From: Desulfatiglandales bacterium
GTDB taxonomy: Bacteria; Desulfobacterota; DSM-4660; Desulfatiglandales; HGW-15
Reading direction: 5' to 3'
NCBI GenBank assembly: GCA_963667015.2
Contig: CAXXJJ010000001.1
Span: forward strand, 2,148,000-2,187,999
DNA: 40,000 nt
The notes beneath the pieces are model-generated. The model searched no databases, was not told where the DNA came from, and was given only the letters and a program-made list of their open reading frames with translations. The position numbers and the translations under genes were made by a program. Below, one piece after another: positions 9,136 to 18,294 of the stretch. Position 1 is the first letter of the stretch; every line of letters begins with the position of its first letter.

Positions 9136-10461
9136 TTACTTCGAATTAACCTTCTGCATGATAAAAATTATCAATATAACCACCAGTGCAAGGATGGCAT
9201 TTGTGGTACAAATGGCATTCACGCTCCAGTTTTCTGCAAGCATCATACTTCCTACAACAGGCGCAAGTATTGATCCGGATCTGCCCACTCCGGTTGCCCA
9301 GCCAAGCCCTGTACCCCTGATATCCGCAGGATATGAAATAGCTGCAAGACCCATAAGGCCGGAGTTGCTGCCGATTACAAAAAATCCCATGACAGCGGAT
9401 ACAAACGCCACAATAATAAATGTGCTGGAAGCAAAATATCCAAAAATAAAAACACTCGCAAAGGCGAGGAAAAAACCGATTTTTAATATATTAAATTTGT
9501 CAAATTTATCCATCAGGATGCCGATTAATACTGTTGCTACAACTGCCCCCAAATTAACGCAGGCAAAGGCCAGACTGAATTCCTGGGGTGAAGCACCGCT
9601 GTTTCTCAGCAGGGTCGGTGTCCATGACAGGATCAGCCAGAGCAGATAGTAACTCAAGACAAAGGCTATCCATAACAATATGGTATTTGCTGCCCGTCCC
9701 TCTTTAAAAAGATGTTTAAAGGGAACTCCGGACAGCCTTATTTCGGACGAAACAAAATGAATATCTTTCATTGACCCATATGATGGTGCAATTTTCGAGA
9801 CAATTTTTCTTATACGTTCCTGATCCTTTTCTTTTCCTCTCTTGAGCAGAAATTCAAGAGGTTCAGGAAGTGAAATCAATGCAATAATCCCGATTATACA
9901 TGCTATTATACCTCCTGACATAAACACTGTTTGCCACCCGTATCTTGGAAGGAGGAAAGAAGAAAAGAGTCCGGCACATGTGGCGCCAAAAGCAACACCA
10001 GCGTACATTGTGGTGGCGAGTGTAGCACGTTTATTGGTTGGAGCATATTCTGAACCGAAGGCAAGTGCGTTTGGAACAGCCCCGCCAAGCCCGAGACCTG
10101 CTATAAAGCGGAGGATTATCAACTGTTCCTTGGTTTGGATAAATGCGATGGCTAAGGTAAAAATACCGAAAGTGAAGGCGGAAAACAGCAGCATCCTTTT
10201 TCTTCCAAAACGATCCGCCAGCATTCCCAGAACAAAGGCTCCTATAAGTGCTCCAACATTACCGAGGCTCATTGCCGGGCCGATGGCAGCAGGTGTTGTG
10301 TTTAAAAACTCGGCAATTTTAGGAGTTGACACACTTAAAAGCGACAAATCAAAACCATCGAAAAAGGCAAGGAAAAAGCATATTGTGCAGATCCATATTT
10401 GATATAATGTAAACCGTCCGGAATCCAGAACCTCTTTTACACTTACTGAATTGCTTGGCAT
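9136..10461 (-). CDS. MFS transporter, aromatic acid:H+ symporter-like
   Basis: 441 aa with 12 predicted TM segments. The MFS loop motif LADRFGRKRML and overall pattern resemble PcaK/benzoate-type transporters. Confidence 0.75.
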   Translation of the reverse strand: MPSNSVSVKEVLDSGRFTLYQIWICTICFFLAFFDGFDLSLLSVSTPKIAEFLNTTPAAIGPAMSLGNVGALIGAFVLGMLADRFGRKRMLLFSAFTFGIFTLAIAFIQTKEQLIILRFIAGLGLGGAVPNALAFGSEYAPTNKRATLATTMYAGVAFGATCAGLFSSFLLPRYGWQTVFMSGGIIACIIGIIALISLPEPLEFLLKRGKEKDQERIRKIVSKIAPSYGSMKDIHFVSSEIRLSGVPFKHLFKEGRAANTILLWIAFVLSYYLLWLILSWTPTLLRNSGASPQEFSLAFACVNLGAVVATVLIGILMDKFDKFNILKIGFFLAFASVFIFGYFASSTFIIVAFVSAVMGFFVIGSNSGLMGLAAISYPADIRGTGLGWATGVGRSGSILAPVVGSMMLAENWSVNAICTTNAILALVVILIIFIMQKVNSK

Positions 10462-10670
10462 TTTTTCTCCCTTTTGTTATTGTTTAAATAAAAAATTACT
10501 CTAATATTTTAATCTCATGCCTCTGGCATAGTTTAAACTGCCCACATAATATTCCTTTTCATCTGGAGTAGCTGTCCCTGTAGTACCTATAATGCCTGTC
10601 AATTATTCACTCCTGAAAGGATAGATCCAGGTGCCTTCAGGCGTGCCTGCTGGTTTTATAAAACGATATA

Positions 10671-11228
10671 TTATTTAACAAGGGGGCTTCCCAGGTTTTT
10701 CATGTCATCAACTCCGGGCCTATGCCCCAGGCCGATCGAATGATCAGGGCTCAGTTCCGTGCCTTCAAGAATCTCTTCTGCGACCTCCCGTGTGGGAGAA
10801 ATCAGAGGCAGGCAGTCACCACATCCATGCTGAAGGAAATATTTTTCCATGCTGCTCATTGTTTTGGGATAAGCAGAGCTGCTGAAAACCAGTTCATCTT
10901 CAGAAGTTTCTTCTGGTTCGATTGAAGGCGTATGAGTAAGGGCATTAATTACATCGCCAGAGTATTCGGTTATTTCTTTTAGTCGTTCTTCTCTTGGGGC
11001 AGGGGCCATGAAAGAACTTTCGCTAAACTCAACGTCTGGTAGCTGTTTTGTCAGGGTATCTTTAAGGATGGGCCAGAGTTTTTCGGTAACCCCCCAGACT
11101 CCCAATTTTAAAACACCAATTTTCTTTCCGTTTATATTGTCAAGCCTTGGAGAGGCTGGAATCCGGGGTGCTTTATCAATCCTGCCACTGGGTTTATGGA
11201 CGTTTAAATTGATATCATTTTCAGACAT
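10671..11228 (-). CDS. hypothetical protein (possibly the 5' part of a decayed longer gene)
   Basis: 185-aa ORF with no recognised family. The same frame continues past two TAA codons for another ~55 sense codons down to ~10501. Confidence 0.45.
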   Translation of the reverse strand: MSENDINLNVHKPSGRIDKAPRIPASPRLDNINGKKIGVLKLGVWGVTEKLWPILKDTLTKQLPDVEFSESSFMAPAPREERLKEITEYSGDVINALTHTPSIEPEETSEDELVFSSSAYPKTMSSMEKYFLQHGCGDCLPLISPTREVAEEILEGTELSPDHSIGLGHRPGVDDMKNLGSPLVK

Positions 11229-11661
11229 ATCATCCCTGTAATCGGAGTGGAATCAGCATCGAGCAAATGTGACAGGCTGATACTTATTTGGGTTCAAATA
11301 TCCTATCAGTCTATAGGGCTGTAACCCTTATGTTTCCAAGTTTTAATTGATAAAGTAATTGGTATTTTTCCGGATAGTATATAAGTATACAATAGATGTA
11401 AATACAAAAAAGTAATTCAGTAGAATTTTGCTGTTTGTCTCTTTTAAAGATAACATTTCAAATCTTACACAGTGATAATCCATAACATAACAGGGGGAGC
11501 TAATATGGAATTTATCAGCCAGCTTGTTCTCGGTATCAGGGTCATAGGAAGTATCTGCCTAGATTATGTTGATGATTAAATCAAATCCTACAATGCTGCT
11601 GGATCTGGATTGTGCTTAGATTGAAGAAGAAAATCGAGGTTTATACTTTTATTATTATCTG

Positions 11662-12837
11662 TTACGCGGGCGTGAAAAGATCATTAAGATATTTAAATGG
11701 GACAATTGAAACGTCCGTTCTTTTTTGTTTTTCAACACCCCCATACACAAGACCCGAGCCATTGTGAACTGATTCCGGAAATGTTTTTGTAAAATGATTC
11801 AGTCCTTTGAAGTATTCTCTTGTTATGGTCATACCAGCTTTAATCTCAATTGGAAAGATATCAGGTCCGTTTATCATTAATAGATCGACCTCGTTTCCCT
11901 TGCTGTCGCGATAAAAGTAGAGATTACTTTTTTTGCCTTGGTTAAATCGATACTTCAGGGTTTCTGAGATAACCATGTTTTCAAACAAATTCCCCCGCAA
12001 TGGGTCGCGGGCGATCTGTTTTTCGTTTTCGATATCGATTAAAAAAGCAGCCAGTCCCACATCATAAAAATAAAGCTTGGGCGATTTCACCAAACGTTTG
12101 GAAATGTTTTTGTGATAGGGCTGTAAAAGAAAAATTATATAGCTCGCTTCCATGATTGAAAGCCAGTTTCCGGCTGTTGTATGGGAAATACCAGCATCGT
12201 TTGCCAGGCTGCTGATATTCAATATCTGGCCAACTCGTCCGGCACATAATTTGATAAACCGATGAAAAAGATTCAGGTCTTTTATTGTGATCAGCTGCCT
12301 CAGATCCCTCTCCACATAAGTCTCAAAATAATCCCCGAGTACCTGCGTCGGATTTAGCTGTTTGTCCCAGATTCGTGGAAAAAATCCACTGTAAAGCAAA
12401 GTGTCGGTGTCGGGGAAAGAAAATGAGGATTGAATTTCTTCAATGGAAAAAGGTAGTAATTTTATCAGGGCAGTTCGACCGGCAAGTGACTGGTTAATTG
12501 CATTACTCACTTCAAATTGCTGACTGCCGGTCAGGATAAAAAGACCCTCTCGTTTATCCTCATCAACCATCGGCTGTATATAGGAGACAAGGTCGGGCGT
12601 TCTCTGAATCTCATCAAGGATTGCTCCATCCGGATATTGCGCTAAAAAACCTCTTGGATCGTCTATGGCAAATTGACGAATATCAGGAGATTCCAGGTTT
12701 GCATATGGCTTATGGGGAAATACCTTTCTGCAAAGAGTTGTTTTTCCACTCTGCCGGGGACCGGTGATAGTTATTACCGGATAACTTGACGCATGAGCCT
12801 TGAGGACAGTTTCTATGGTGCGATTTATTATAGCCAT
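11662..12837 (-). CDS. AAA+ ATPase with DUF4143-type C-terminal domain
   Basis: Walker A ITGPRQSGKTT, Walker B-like LDEIQ, and the C-terminal region typical of the widespread AAA_14/DUF4143 architecture. Confidence 0.85.
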   Translation of the reverse strand: MAIINRTIETVLKAHASSYPVITITGPRQSGKTTLCRKVFPHKPYANLESPDIRQFAIDDPRGFLAQYPDGAILDEIQRTPDLVSYIQPMVDEDKREGLFILTGSQQFEVSNAINQSLAGRTALIKLLPFSIEEIQSSFSFPDTDTLLYSGFFPRIWDKQLNPTQVLGDYFETYVERDLRQLITIKDLNLFHRFIKLCAGRVGQILNISSLANDAGISHTTAGNWLSIMEASYIIFLLQPYHKNISKRLVKSPKLYFYDVGLAAFLIDIENEKQIARDPLRGNLFENMVISETLKYRFNQGKKSNLYFYRDSKGNEVDLLMINGPDIFPIEIKAGMTITREYFKGLNHFTKTFPESVHNGSGLVYGGVEKQKRTDVSIVPFKYLNDLFTPA

Positions 12838-13296
12838 GAGAAAAGACTAATCGAAAAAGGTGTAATTTGCAAGTTCAATATTCAAATTGCACCTTTTATT
12901 AGGTTTAAAGGTGAACGGACTTCCGACCTCCGGTTTTGTATTTCCTTTCAACTTTGACCTTGAGCTTTCAGCTCTTTTTCCCCTTGCTTTTTCAATCCAT
13001 CAGTCTTAAATCTTTCACCCAATTAAATCCGCATGGCGGGTTGCGAAGCAACATTGGTGAATATTGAATCAAGATTTTGCTTCATCATGTATGGTATTTT
13101 TGCCGTCATTTTTACCCTGTTAAATCCTTGAGGATCTCAAGGAAAGATTTAGAAGCTCAAATCTTATTTAACAGGGCAAGGCTATTTTCGGGAATTGGGG
13201 AATCCAGTTGTTTTTAATTTGAACTTATTTGGGAACTGTCAAATGTCAAGGGCCGGTTTTTCCACGCGTCCCATTTACATTTCTGCAATACTGCTC

Positions 13297-13977
13297 TTAA
13301 TCGTTTTTATTGGACCATTCTCTGAACTTTTCCTTTTCATCTTCACTCATGTTGTTCCATTCCAGCCATTTCCTGAATTCTTCCTTTTCATCCTCGCTCA
13401 TACTATCCCATTCTTCTTTGAGCGCTGTATCTTCTTCCATGATTGGCGGGTTTTCCGGTTCTGTATAGCGCTCCGCTTCACTCATTTCAACAGAACGTGA
13501 TACTCTGATATCCTCGTCTTCATTGTCGGAATATTTTCCAACCTTTGCTATCCAGATATTCGGATTCTCAGCAAACTTCTTTGCTTCGTCCATATCATCA
13601 AGCTCGGGATGGGTTAATCTGTAAAGGCCACCCCTTTTCGCGTTGAACTTCAAGGTAATATTTTTGGACTTAATTTCTTCATGTTTTTTTATCTCATCAT
13701 ATGCCCAGTAAATACTGTAGCGAACAACAATTTCATGCTCGCCCGGAGCCACATGAATTTCCTCTATTGTGCTGAGTACATAATCAGCCAGAGACCCGAC
13801 ACGGCGGCCATCAACACTCTCAACCTCAATATCCGGGGGGACGCTTATGCGTGCCACCTCCGCGGGTGATACCCTTGATTCATCATAGATCTTGATGGGA
13901 GCGCGTTTCATGCAGGATGAAAGAGAAAAAAGTATTCCAATTGAAATCAAGACTGCAAATAATGATCTGTATTTCAT
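13297..13977 (-). CDS. lipoprotein, unknown function
   Basis: Preferred start ATG 13977 gives MKYRSLFAVLISIGILFSLSSC with a lipobox. The C-terminus carries a tandem peptide repeat W(D/N)xMSEDEKExFRxW. Confidence 0.65.
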   Translation of the reverse strand: MKYRSLFAVLISIGILFSLSSCMKRAPIKIYDESRVSPAEVARISVPPDIEVESVDGRRVGSLADYVLSTIEEIHVAPGEHEIVVRYSIYWAYDEIKKHEEIKSKNITLKFNAKRGGLYRLTHPELDDMDEAKKFAENPNIWIAKVGKYSDNEDEDIRVSRSVEMSEAERYTEPENPPIMEEDTALKEEWDSMSEDEKEEFRKWLEWNNMSEDEKEKFREWSNKND

Positions 13978-14601
13978 ATCGAGCCTCACTATTAAAACAT
14001 TGGGGAAAGTAATGTGATGAGCCTTCCGGCACCTTAGATAGTTACCATCCATAAACGGCTCTTTTTATGTAAGCGAATATAGGAAGATAAACTATGTATG
14101 TCAAGGCAATTATAGCCGTGTGTTTCAATGAAAAAGACCTGAATAATCCTTAAAATAAGTTCCATGTCTGCCCTACCCGGTGTCAGGAGATCATAATTTA
14201 AAATTGACTTATAAAAATTTATTTTGATACTTCTATATATTACTATATCCGATACTTATCTTAACTTATTTTATAGTTTCCAAACAACCGCCGGAGAAAA
14301 ATATGCAAGAAGAACGAACGGAATTAAGAGTATTAAACCCGAGGGGTGAAACCGGAGAAAATCCTGTAATACCCGCAATGTCCCTGCAGCCTGACCTTGT
14401 GCTTCCCACCCCGCCGGATGTTGAGAGGATCATCACACAGATAACCATGCAGGCATTATATGAGCTGAAGAACTCTTTGATAGATTTTTTAAAAAGGGGT
14501 AGGTAAGGGTATTGGTGCCTACGTGCAAATATAAGCAAGAGTCAAAGGCGGACTTGCCCCCTTTATATATAAAAACTTAAAAAAATAGGTGCAGATCAGA
14601 T

Positions 14602-15477
14602 ATGGAAAATAATACAGGAACAGTAAATTATTATAAAGCAGAGAAATTGTTTGACAGGGTATATCGAATCAGCAGTCTGGAAGGGACCTTTCTGTTCCTG
14701 TTTACTGGTGACAGGAAGGCATTGCTGCTGGATACAGGCTATGGTTTTAGCGACCTGAATGGCGCAGTACGCAAAATTACCGATCTGCCGCTTATTATAG
14801 TAAACAGTCATGGTCATCTGGATCATGTTTGCGGGAATTTTCAGTTTGATGAAGAGATCTATATTCATCCCAAAGATATGGAGATATGTAAATCACATAA
14901 TTCCACAGAGTCTCGGCAAAGGATTGTAAAAGGTGCTCGAAATCTGATGGACTTTACAAGTGGAGAGGTAAGAAATGCTCTGCCCGATGATTTCTCAGAG
15001 GATGCTTATATTCATCAGGGTTACGGCAATCTGGTTCCACTCGATGCAGGCCAGGTGTTTGATCTTGGAGAAGTGACAATAGCAGTACATGAACTGCCGG
15101 GTCATACTGGGGGAAGCGTTGGTCTGGAATACAGGGAAGAGGGTATATTATTCCCGACAGACGCCATAAACCCTCTGGTATTTTTGTTTCTGCCAGAGTC
15201 AACCGACCTGGCCACATACAAGGAAAGCCTGCAAAAAGCCGACAGCCTCGACATAAAACATGTAGTGTTTTCTCATAGTCCTCAGATTGCATCAAAATCG
15301 ATACTTAAGGATTTTATAGAATGTGCGGAACAGGTTGACTACGATCTTGGATTCCCTCTTGAGGGAGAAGGTTTTCGGAAATTTGAACCGAGAATCTGCC
15401 CGCGAAAGGGATTTGGTCCGGATGATACAATGAAACCGGGATTTGCGGCTGTAGTCATAGACCGATCAAGATGTTAG
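14602..15477 (+). CDS. MBL-fold metallo-hydrolase
   Basis: HGHLDH (HxHxDH) metal-binding motif plus later H and D ligands. 291 aa. Confidence 0.85.
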   Translation: MENNTGTVNYYKAEKLFDRVYRISSLEGTFLFLFTGDRKALLLDTGYGFSDLNGAVRKITDLPLIIVNSHGHLDHVCGNFQFDEEIYIHPKDMEICKSHNSTESRQRIVKGARNLMDFTSGEVRNALPDDFSEDAYIHQGYGNLVPLDAGQVFDLGEVTIAVHELPGHTGGSVGLEYREEGILFPTDAINPLVFLFLPESTDLATYKESLQKADSLDIKHVVFSHSPQIASKSILKDFIECAEQVDYDLGFPLEGEGFRKFEPRICPRKGFGPDDTMKPGFAAVVIDRSRC

Positions 15478-15531
15478 ATTCCTGAAAGGCCAGAGACAAT
15501 TGTTATAATTTGGGAGTGCCCAGAAATTAAT

Positions 15532-15560
15532 AAGGTCATCATTATTGATGGCCTTTTTTA
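15532..15560 (+). terminator. rho-independent terminator of the MBL-fold hydrolase gene
   Basis: 10-bp stem aaggtcatca / tgatggcctt (one G-U pair), loop ttat, followed by ttttttа-type T run (tttttta). Confidence 0.7.
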
Positions 15561-15636
15561 TGCGGATTGACACTAAATTGAAAATGGGCGATTATATACA
15601 ACTTATAATGAGTGAATAAAAAAAGGAGGTGAATGA

Positions 15637-15870
15637 ATGCCAAAATTGAAAGATGTTGATATTAATTATGAACAGATAAGAGATTTGGTATATCAATTGA
15701 CCTTTGAGAAAAAGATGTCCCTTATAAAAGAAATAGTCAGGGATAAGGATTATCAGAAAAATTTTTATAATTTTTCTGAGGATTTGAAAAAAAACACGAT
15801 ATACCCGACATGGATGAATCCGAACTGGATGCCCTGCTTCATGAATAGAGTCTGCGATCAATTCATCTGA
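15637..15870 (+). CDS. small antitoxin-like protein, probably frameshifted at an A8 run
   Basis: Lies directly upstream of a PIN gene. After the A run at 15787-15794 an alternative frame reads KKHDIPDMDESELDALLHE* (stop at 15846-15848), which looks more like a natural antitoxin C-terminus than the track reading. Confidence 0.45.
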   Translation: MPKLKDVDINYEQIRDLVYQLTFEKKMSLIKEIVRDKDYQKNFYNFSEDLKKNTIYPTWMNPNWMPCFMNRVCDQFI

Positions 15871-15893
15871 GCCTTTTCTGCGGAGACTTTTTC

Positions 15894-16301
15894 TTGATAC
15901 CTAAAATCGTTGTTGATACAAATATCTATATTTCAGCTATATTTTGGGGTGGAAAGCCTCGTCAAGTGATTGATTTGGGGCGTAGCTAAAAAGTGTTGAT
16001 CTATTCATCCTACCCCATTGTGGCTGAAATGGCCGGGAAGTTAAAGTCAAAATTTAACCTCACTGAAGAAGAAACCTCACAGATTATCTTTGACTTCTCA
16101 ACCTTTACCACACTGATTGAAACTCAGAACAGGATAAAGTTAATTGATGATGACCCGGATGATGATAAGTTCATTGAGTGTGCAGTATCATCAATGTCCA
16201 ATTTTATTGTATCCGGGGATAAACACCTGTTAAATTTAAAAGAATATAATGGAATAAGAATACTGAAAGCCTCAGAATTTCTATCATTCATTACAAAATA
16301 A
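15894..16301 (+). pseudogene. PIN-domain toxin gene with in-frame nonsense codon
   Basis: TTG 15894 opens MIPKIVVDTNIYISAIFWGGKPRQVIDLGRS, followed by TAA at 15987-15989. The same frame then continues KVLIYSSYPIV...DDPDDDKFIECA...IVSGDKHLL (PIN family signature). The first catalytic Asp lies upstream of the stop. Confidence 0.7.
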
Positions 16302-17144
16302 AACGCGGATATAAATAAATGGGTCATAAATGGGGTCAACCGTAGATGGTGTCATCCATTAAAGGGTAAGTCATCCATAGTTTTATAGATTCATTCAGTC
16401 CATGCTCCATATTTTGTTATGAGGAAAAAACATTTAACCTATTTAGCTATCCATTTGTAAACTTGAGTTGCAGAAGATATGTAAACAAATCGTGTAAACA
16501 AATCGGTCCTTGACTGTGAATGTTTAATATCAACTTCATGTCAATATCAAGGGCGGACCCCGTTGTGTTTATTAACCAGTGAAATTCATAATTATGACCG
16601 CAAAGCGGATTTACCCTGTTAAATTGCCCGGAGGGAATCTATATAGCAGGGTGAACCGGTAGTCTTAAGGCGCGGTAATGGGCGTTTTCAGCTTATATGC
16701 GGTGATGAAGTGTATGACAGTATGGGCGAATCCGCAGTGCTTCGTTTGAAAAATCTTCTTGCCAAACTGGATTCAATCAGGAGCAGCAGAGACCGGGGTT
16801 CAAAGGTGGCAGATGAATCTAATATGCTGTTCCATAAATTTATGGAACAGGTGGAAAATATCTTCAAAAACCTGCCCAAGTCATTGAAATGGCGATTATT
16901 TTACGAAAATGACCTTCAGATTTTAATGGACACCTCAGAGACGAGGAAATGCAGGCTAAAGTTTTTTAGTCTGAAGACTTTTAGGTTTTACTGCTTCTCC
17001 TTCAGTCTTCAGCCTGCTATGCTTCAGTCTGTTTAAAATGCAGACTGGAGAGATTTTCAGGGAAGACCGGCAAAAGAAGAGACATGGGAAAACTTCATTT
17101 TGATAGATGATTATCTGAGTGCTCTTAAAAAAGGGGGATGGAAG

Positions 17145-17273
17145 ATGACACATATGATACAGTCGCCCATGTCATCGGAGCGTTTCAATGCGGGAGTTGT
17201 ATCTGCCATGCAGAAAAAGGAAATACTGGGTGTTACGAGCAGGTATGTGTTAGTGGCTAAAAAGACAGACTGA
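17145..17273 (+). CDS. possible 42-aa small protein
   Basis: ATG preceded by AAGGGGGA at appropriate spacing. No family recognised. Could be a remnant. Confidence 0.25.
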   Translation: MTHMIQSPMSSERFNAGVVSAMQKKEILGVTSRYVLVAKKTD

Positions 17274-17342
17274 CCGATGCTAAATAATTTCAACCTTATA
17301 ACCTGACAACGTCCCCATTTAGTACATTATTATTCTTTATCA

Positions 17343-18194
17343 TCAGGCAGCCAGTGTTTCAATCAGCTTTAAACAGTTACCTTCTTTTAAATATGCTGCA
17401 TGTTCATTGACATTTTTAAACTGCCTTTGAGTAATTTCGGAACATTCGAACCTGTGGTCAGTTATTTTCAAAAATGCTGTTATGAGGTCATCAGCTTTAT
17501 TATTAAATGTTTTATCCTTCATGAGGTTAGCATGCGGCCGTTCCTGAAGAATTCTCAATCCGTTTATCCATATGGCGGTTCCAAGCGCTCCGCAGGCTCC
17601 GCCGCATAATCCTATACCGCCTGCCAGTCCGGAAGCCATGACCGCGTGCAGCTCAGAAACTCCCATCTGTCGGGCTAATAGAGATGTGCAGCTCAAGGGA
17701 AGCCCGGTTTTTTCAAATTGTGGTGTATCGGAAAAACTGTGCTCCACAACATGAAATGCATCCCGGATATATTTACACACCCTTAGCATGCAACGCAGTC
17801 CCCCGGCCTTTAGAATAAAATAAACAGCTATTTCCAGTGCCCCTGAATTTCTGTCAATTGAAGTAATATCAGCACAATTAATACTGTTATTCTGCCTGCG
17901 GAAAGTATTTACCAGGTTTTGCCCTGCGGCAATCGCCATGCTTTCGGCTTTCGAACCTGATCCATTCATTCGAAATGACCGGGCTCCGGCTGCCAGGACC
18001 GCTCCCCAGAGGGTTCCGCATTGATAACCATGATGCATGATGCCGCCGGCAAGCGGTACAACAGCCAGCTCTTCAAGCTCCAGCGGATGATCATAAACCC
18101 TGTTGAGACCTCTCAACAAAGCTCCTGATCAGGCAAATTTAAATAGATTGCCGGCTGCTTTTAAAGAAGAAGGTTTTCTTCCTGATTTATCCAT
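17343..18194 (-). CDS. C-GCAxxG-C-C family redox protein, predicted selenoprotein (in-frame TGA at 18131..18129)
   Basis: ATG 18194 with AGGGGA 8 nt upstream. 21 codons (MDKSGRKPSSLKAAGNLFKFA), then TGA, then the track ORF in the same frame. The TGA sits where the first conserved Cys of the family lies. Later motifs are GYQCGTLWGAVLAAG and GLCGGACGALGTA. Confidence 0.65.
18098..18121 (-). promoter_or_regulatory. SECIS-like hairpin downstream of the in-frame UGA
   Basis: Minus-sense CUUUGUUGAG-AGGU-CUCAACAGGG: a 10-bp stem (two G-U pairs) with a G-containing apical loop, starting 7 nt after the UGA. Confidence 0.5.
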
Positions 18195-18245
18195 GCTGAC
18201 TTTCCCCTGTATTACAGCGACTTGCTTATTTTATCGGGTATTCCT

Positions 18246-18294
18246 GAGAGTTGAGAGGGACGATGTGAGAGTTGAGAGTTGAGAGGGACGATGT
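18246..18294 (+). repeat. tandem REP-like repeats gagagttgagagggacgatgt
   Basis: The 21-mer occurs at 18246-18266 and again at 18267-18294 with an internal gagttga duplication. Its core gagggacgatgt recurs inverted at 19364-19375. Confidence 0.7.

Noticed and set aside
124-9649. Numerous 60-220 aa ORFs on the strand opposite the long genes, for example 192..494, 827..1153, 6556..7206, 8051..8722 and 9128..9649.
   Set aside because: They are shadow ORFs fully nested in longer ORFs that carry clear family motifs. None has independent start-site or motif support.
11505-11579. 24-codon ORF (MEFISQLVLGIRVIGSICLDYVDD*) preceded by GGGGGAG.
   Set aside because: It has a good Shine-Dalgarno sequence, but it is too short to evaluate without conservation data. 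It is listed here only as something to check with comparative data.
13114-13178. The 15-mer tttaccctgttaaat is shared between 13114-13128 and 16607-16621. The first copy is part of a nested inverted repeat, ccctgttaaat...atttaacaggg.
   Set aside because: With only two copies and no flanking similarity it could be chance. The hairpin is not followed by a T run on either strand, so no terminator or ncRNA call is justified.
14512-14528. Sigma-54-like element TGGTGCctacgTGCA about 75 nt upstream of the MBL-fold hydrolase gene.
   Set aside because: The GG-to-GC spacing is one nucleotide shorter than the strict -24/-12 consensus, and no enhancer-binding protein gene is nearby.
14266-14538. Overlapping small ORFs 14303..14506 (+) and 14266..14538 (-) in the region upstream of the MBL-fold hydrolase.
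   Set aside because: They are mutually exclusive, neither has a convincing ribosome-binding site or recognisable motif, and the region is probably a promoter/leader.
16560-17036. ORF 16710..17036 and an upstream short frame (MTAKRIYPVKLPGGNLYSRVNR*, then ...EPVVLRRGNGRFQLICGDEVYDS...) that vaguely resemble a frameshifted ParB-like N-terminal domain.
   Set aside because: - The similarity is only an impression from a ~20-aa stretch.
- The rest of the ORF is low-complexity with no recognisable motif.
- It is not reportable as a gene without a database search.
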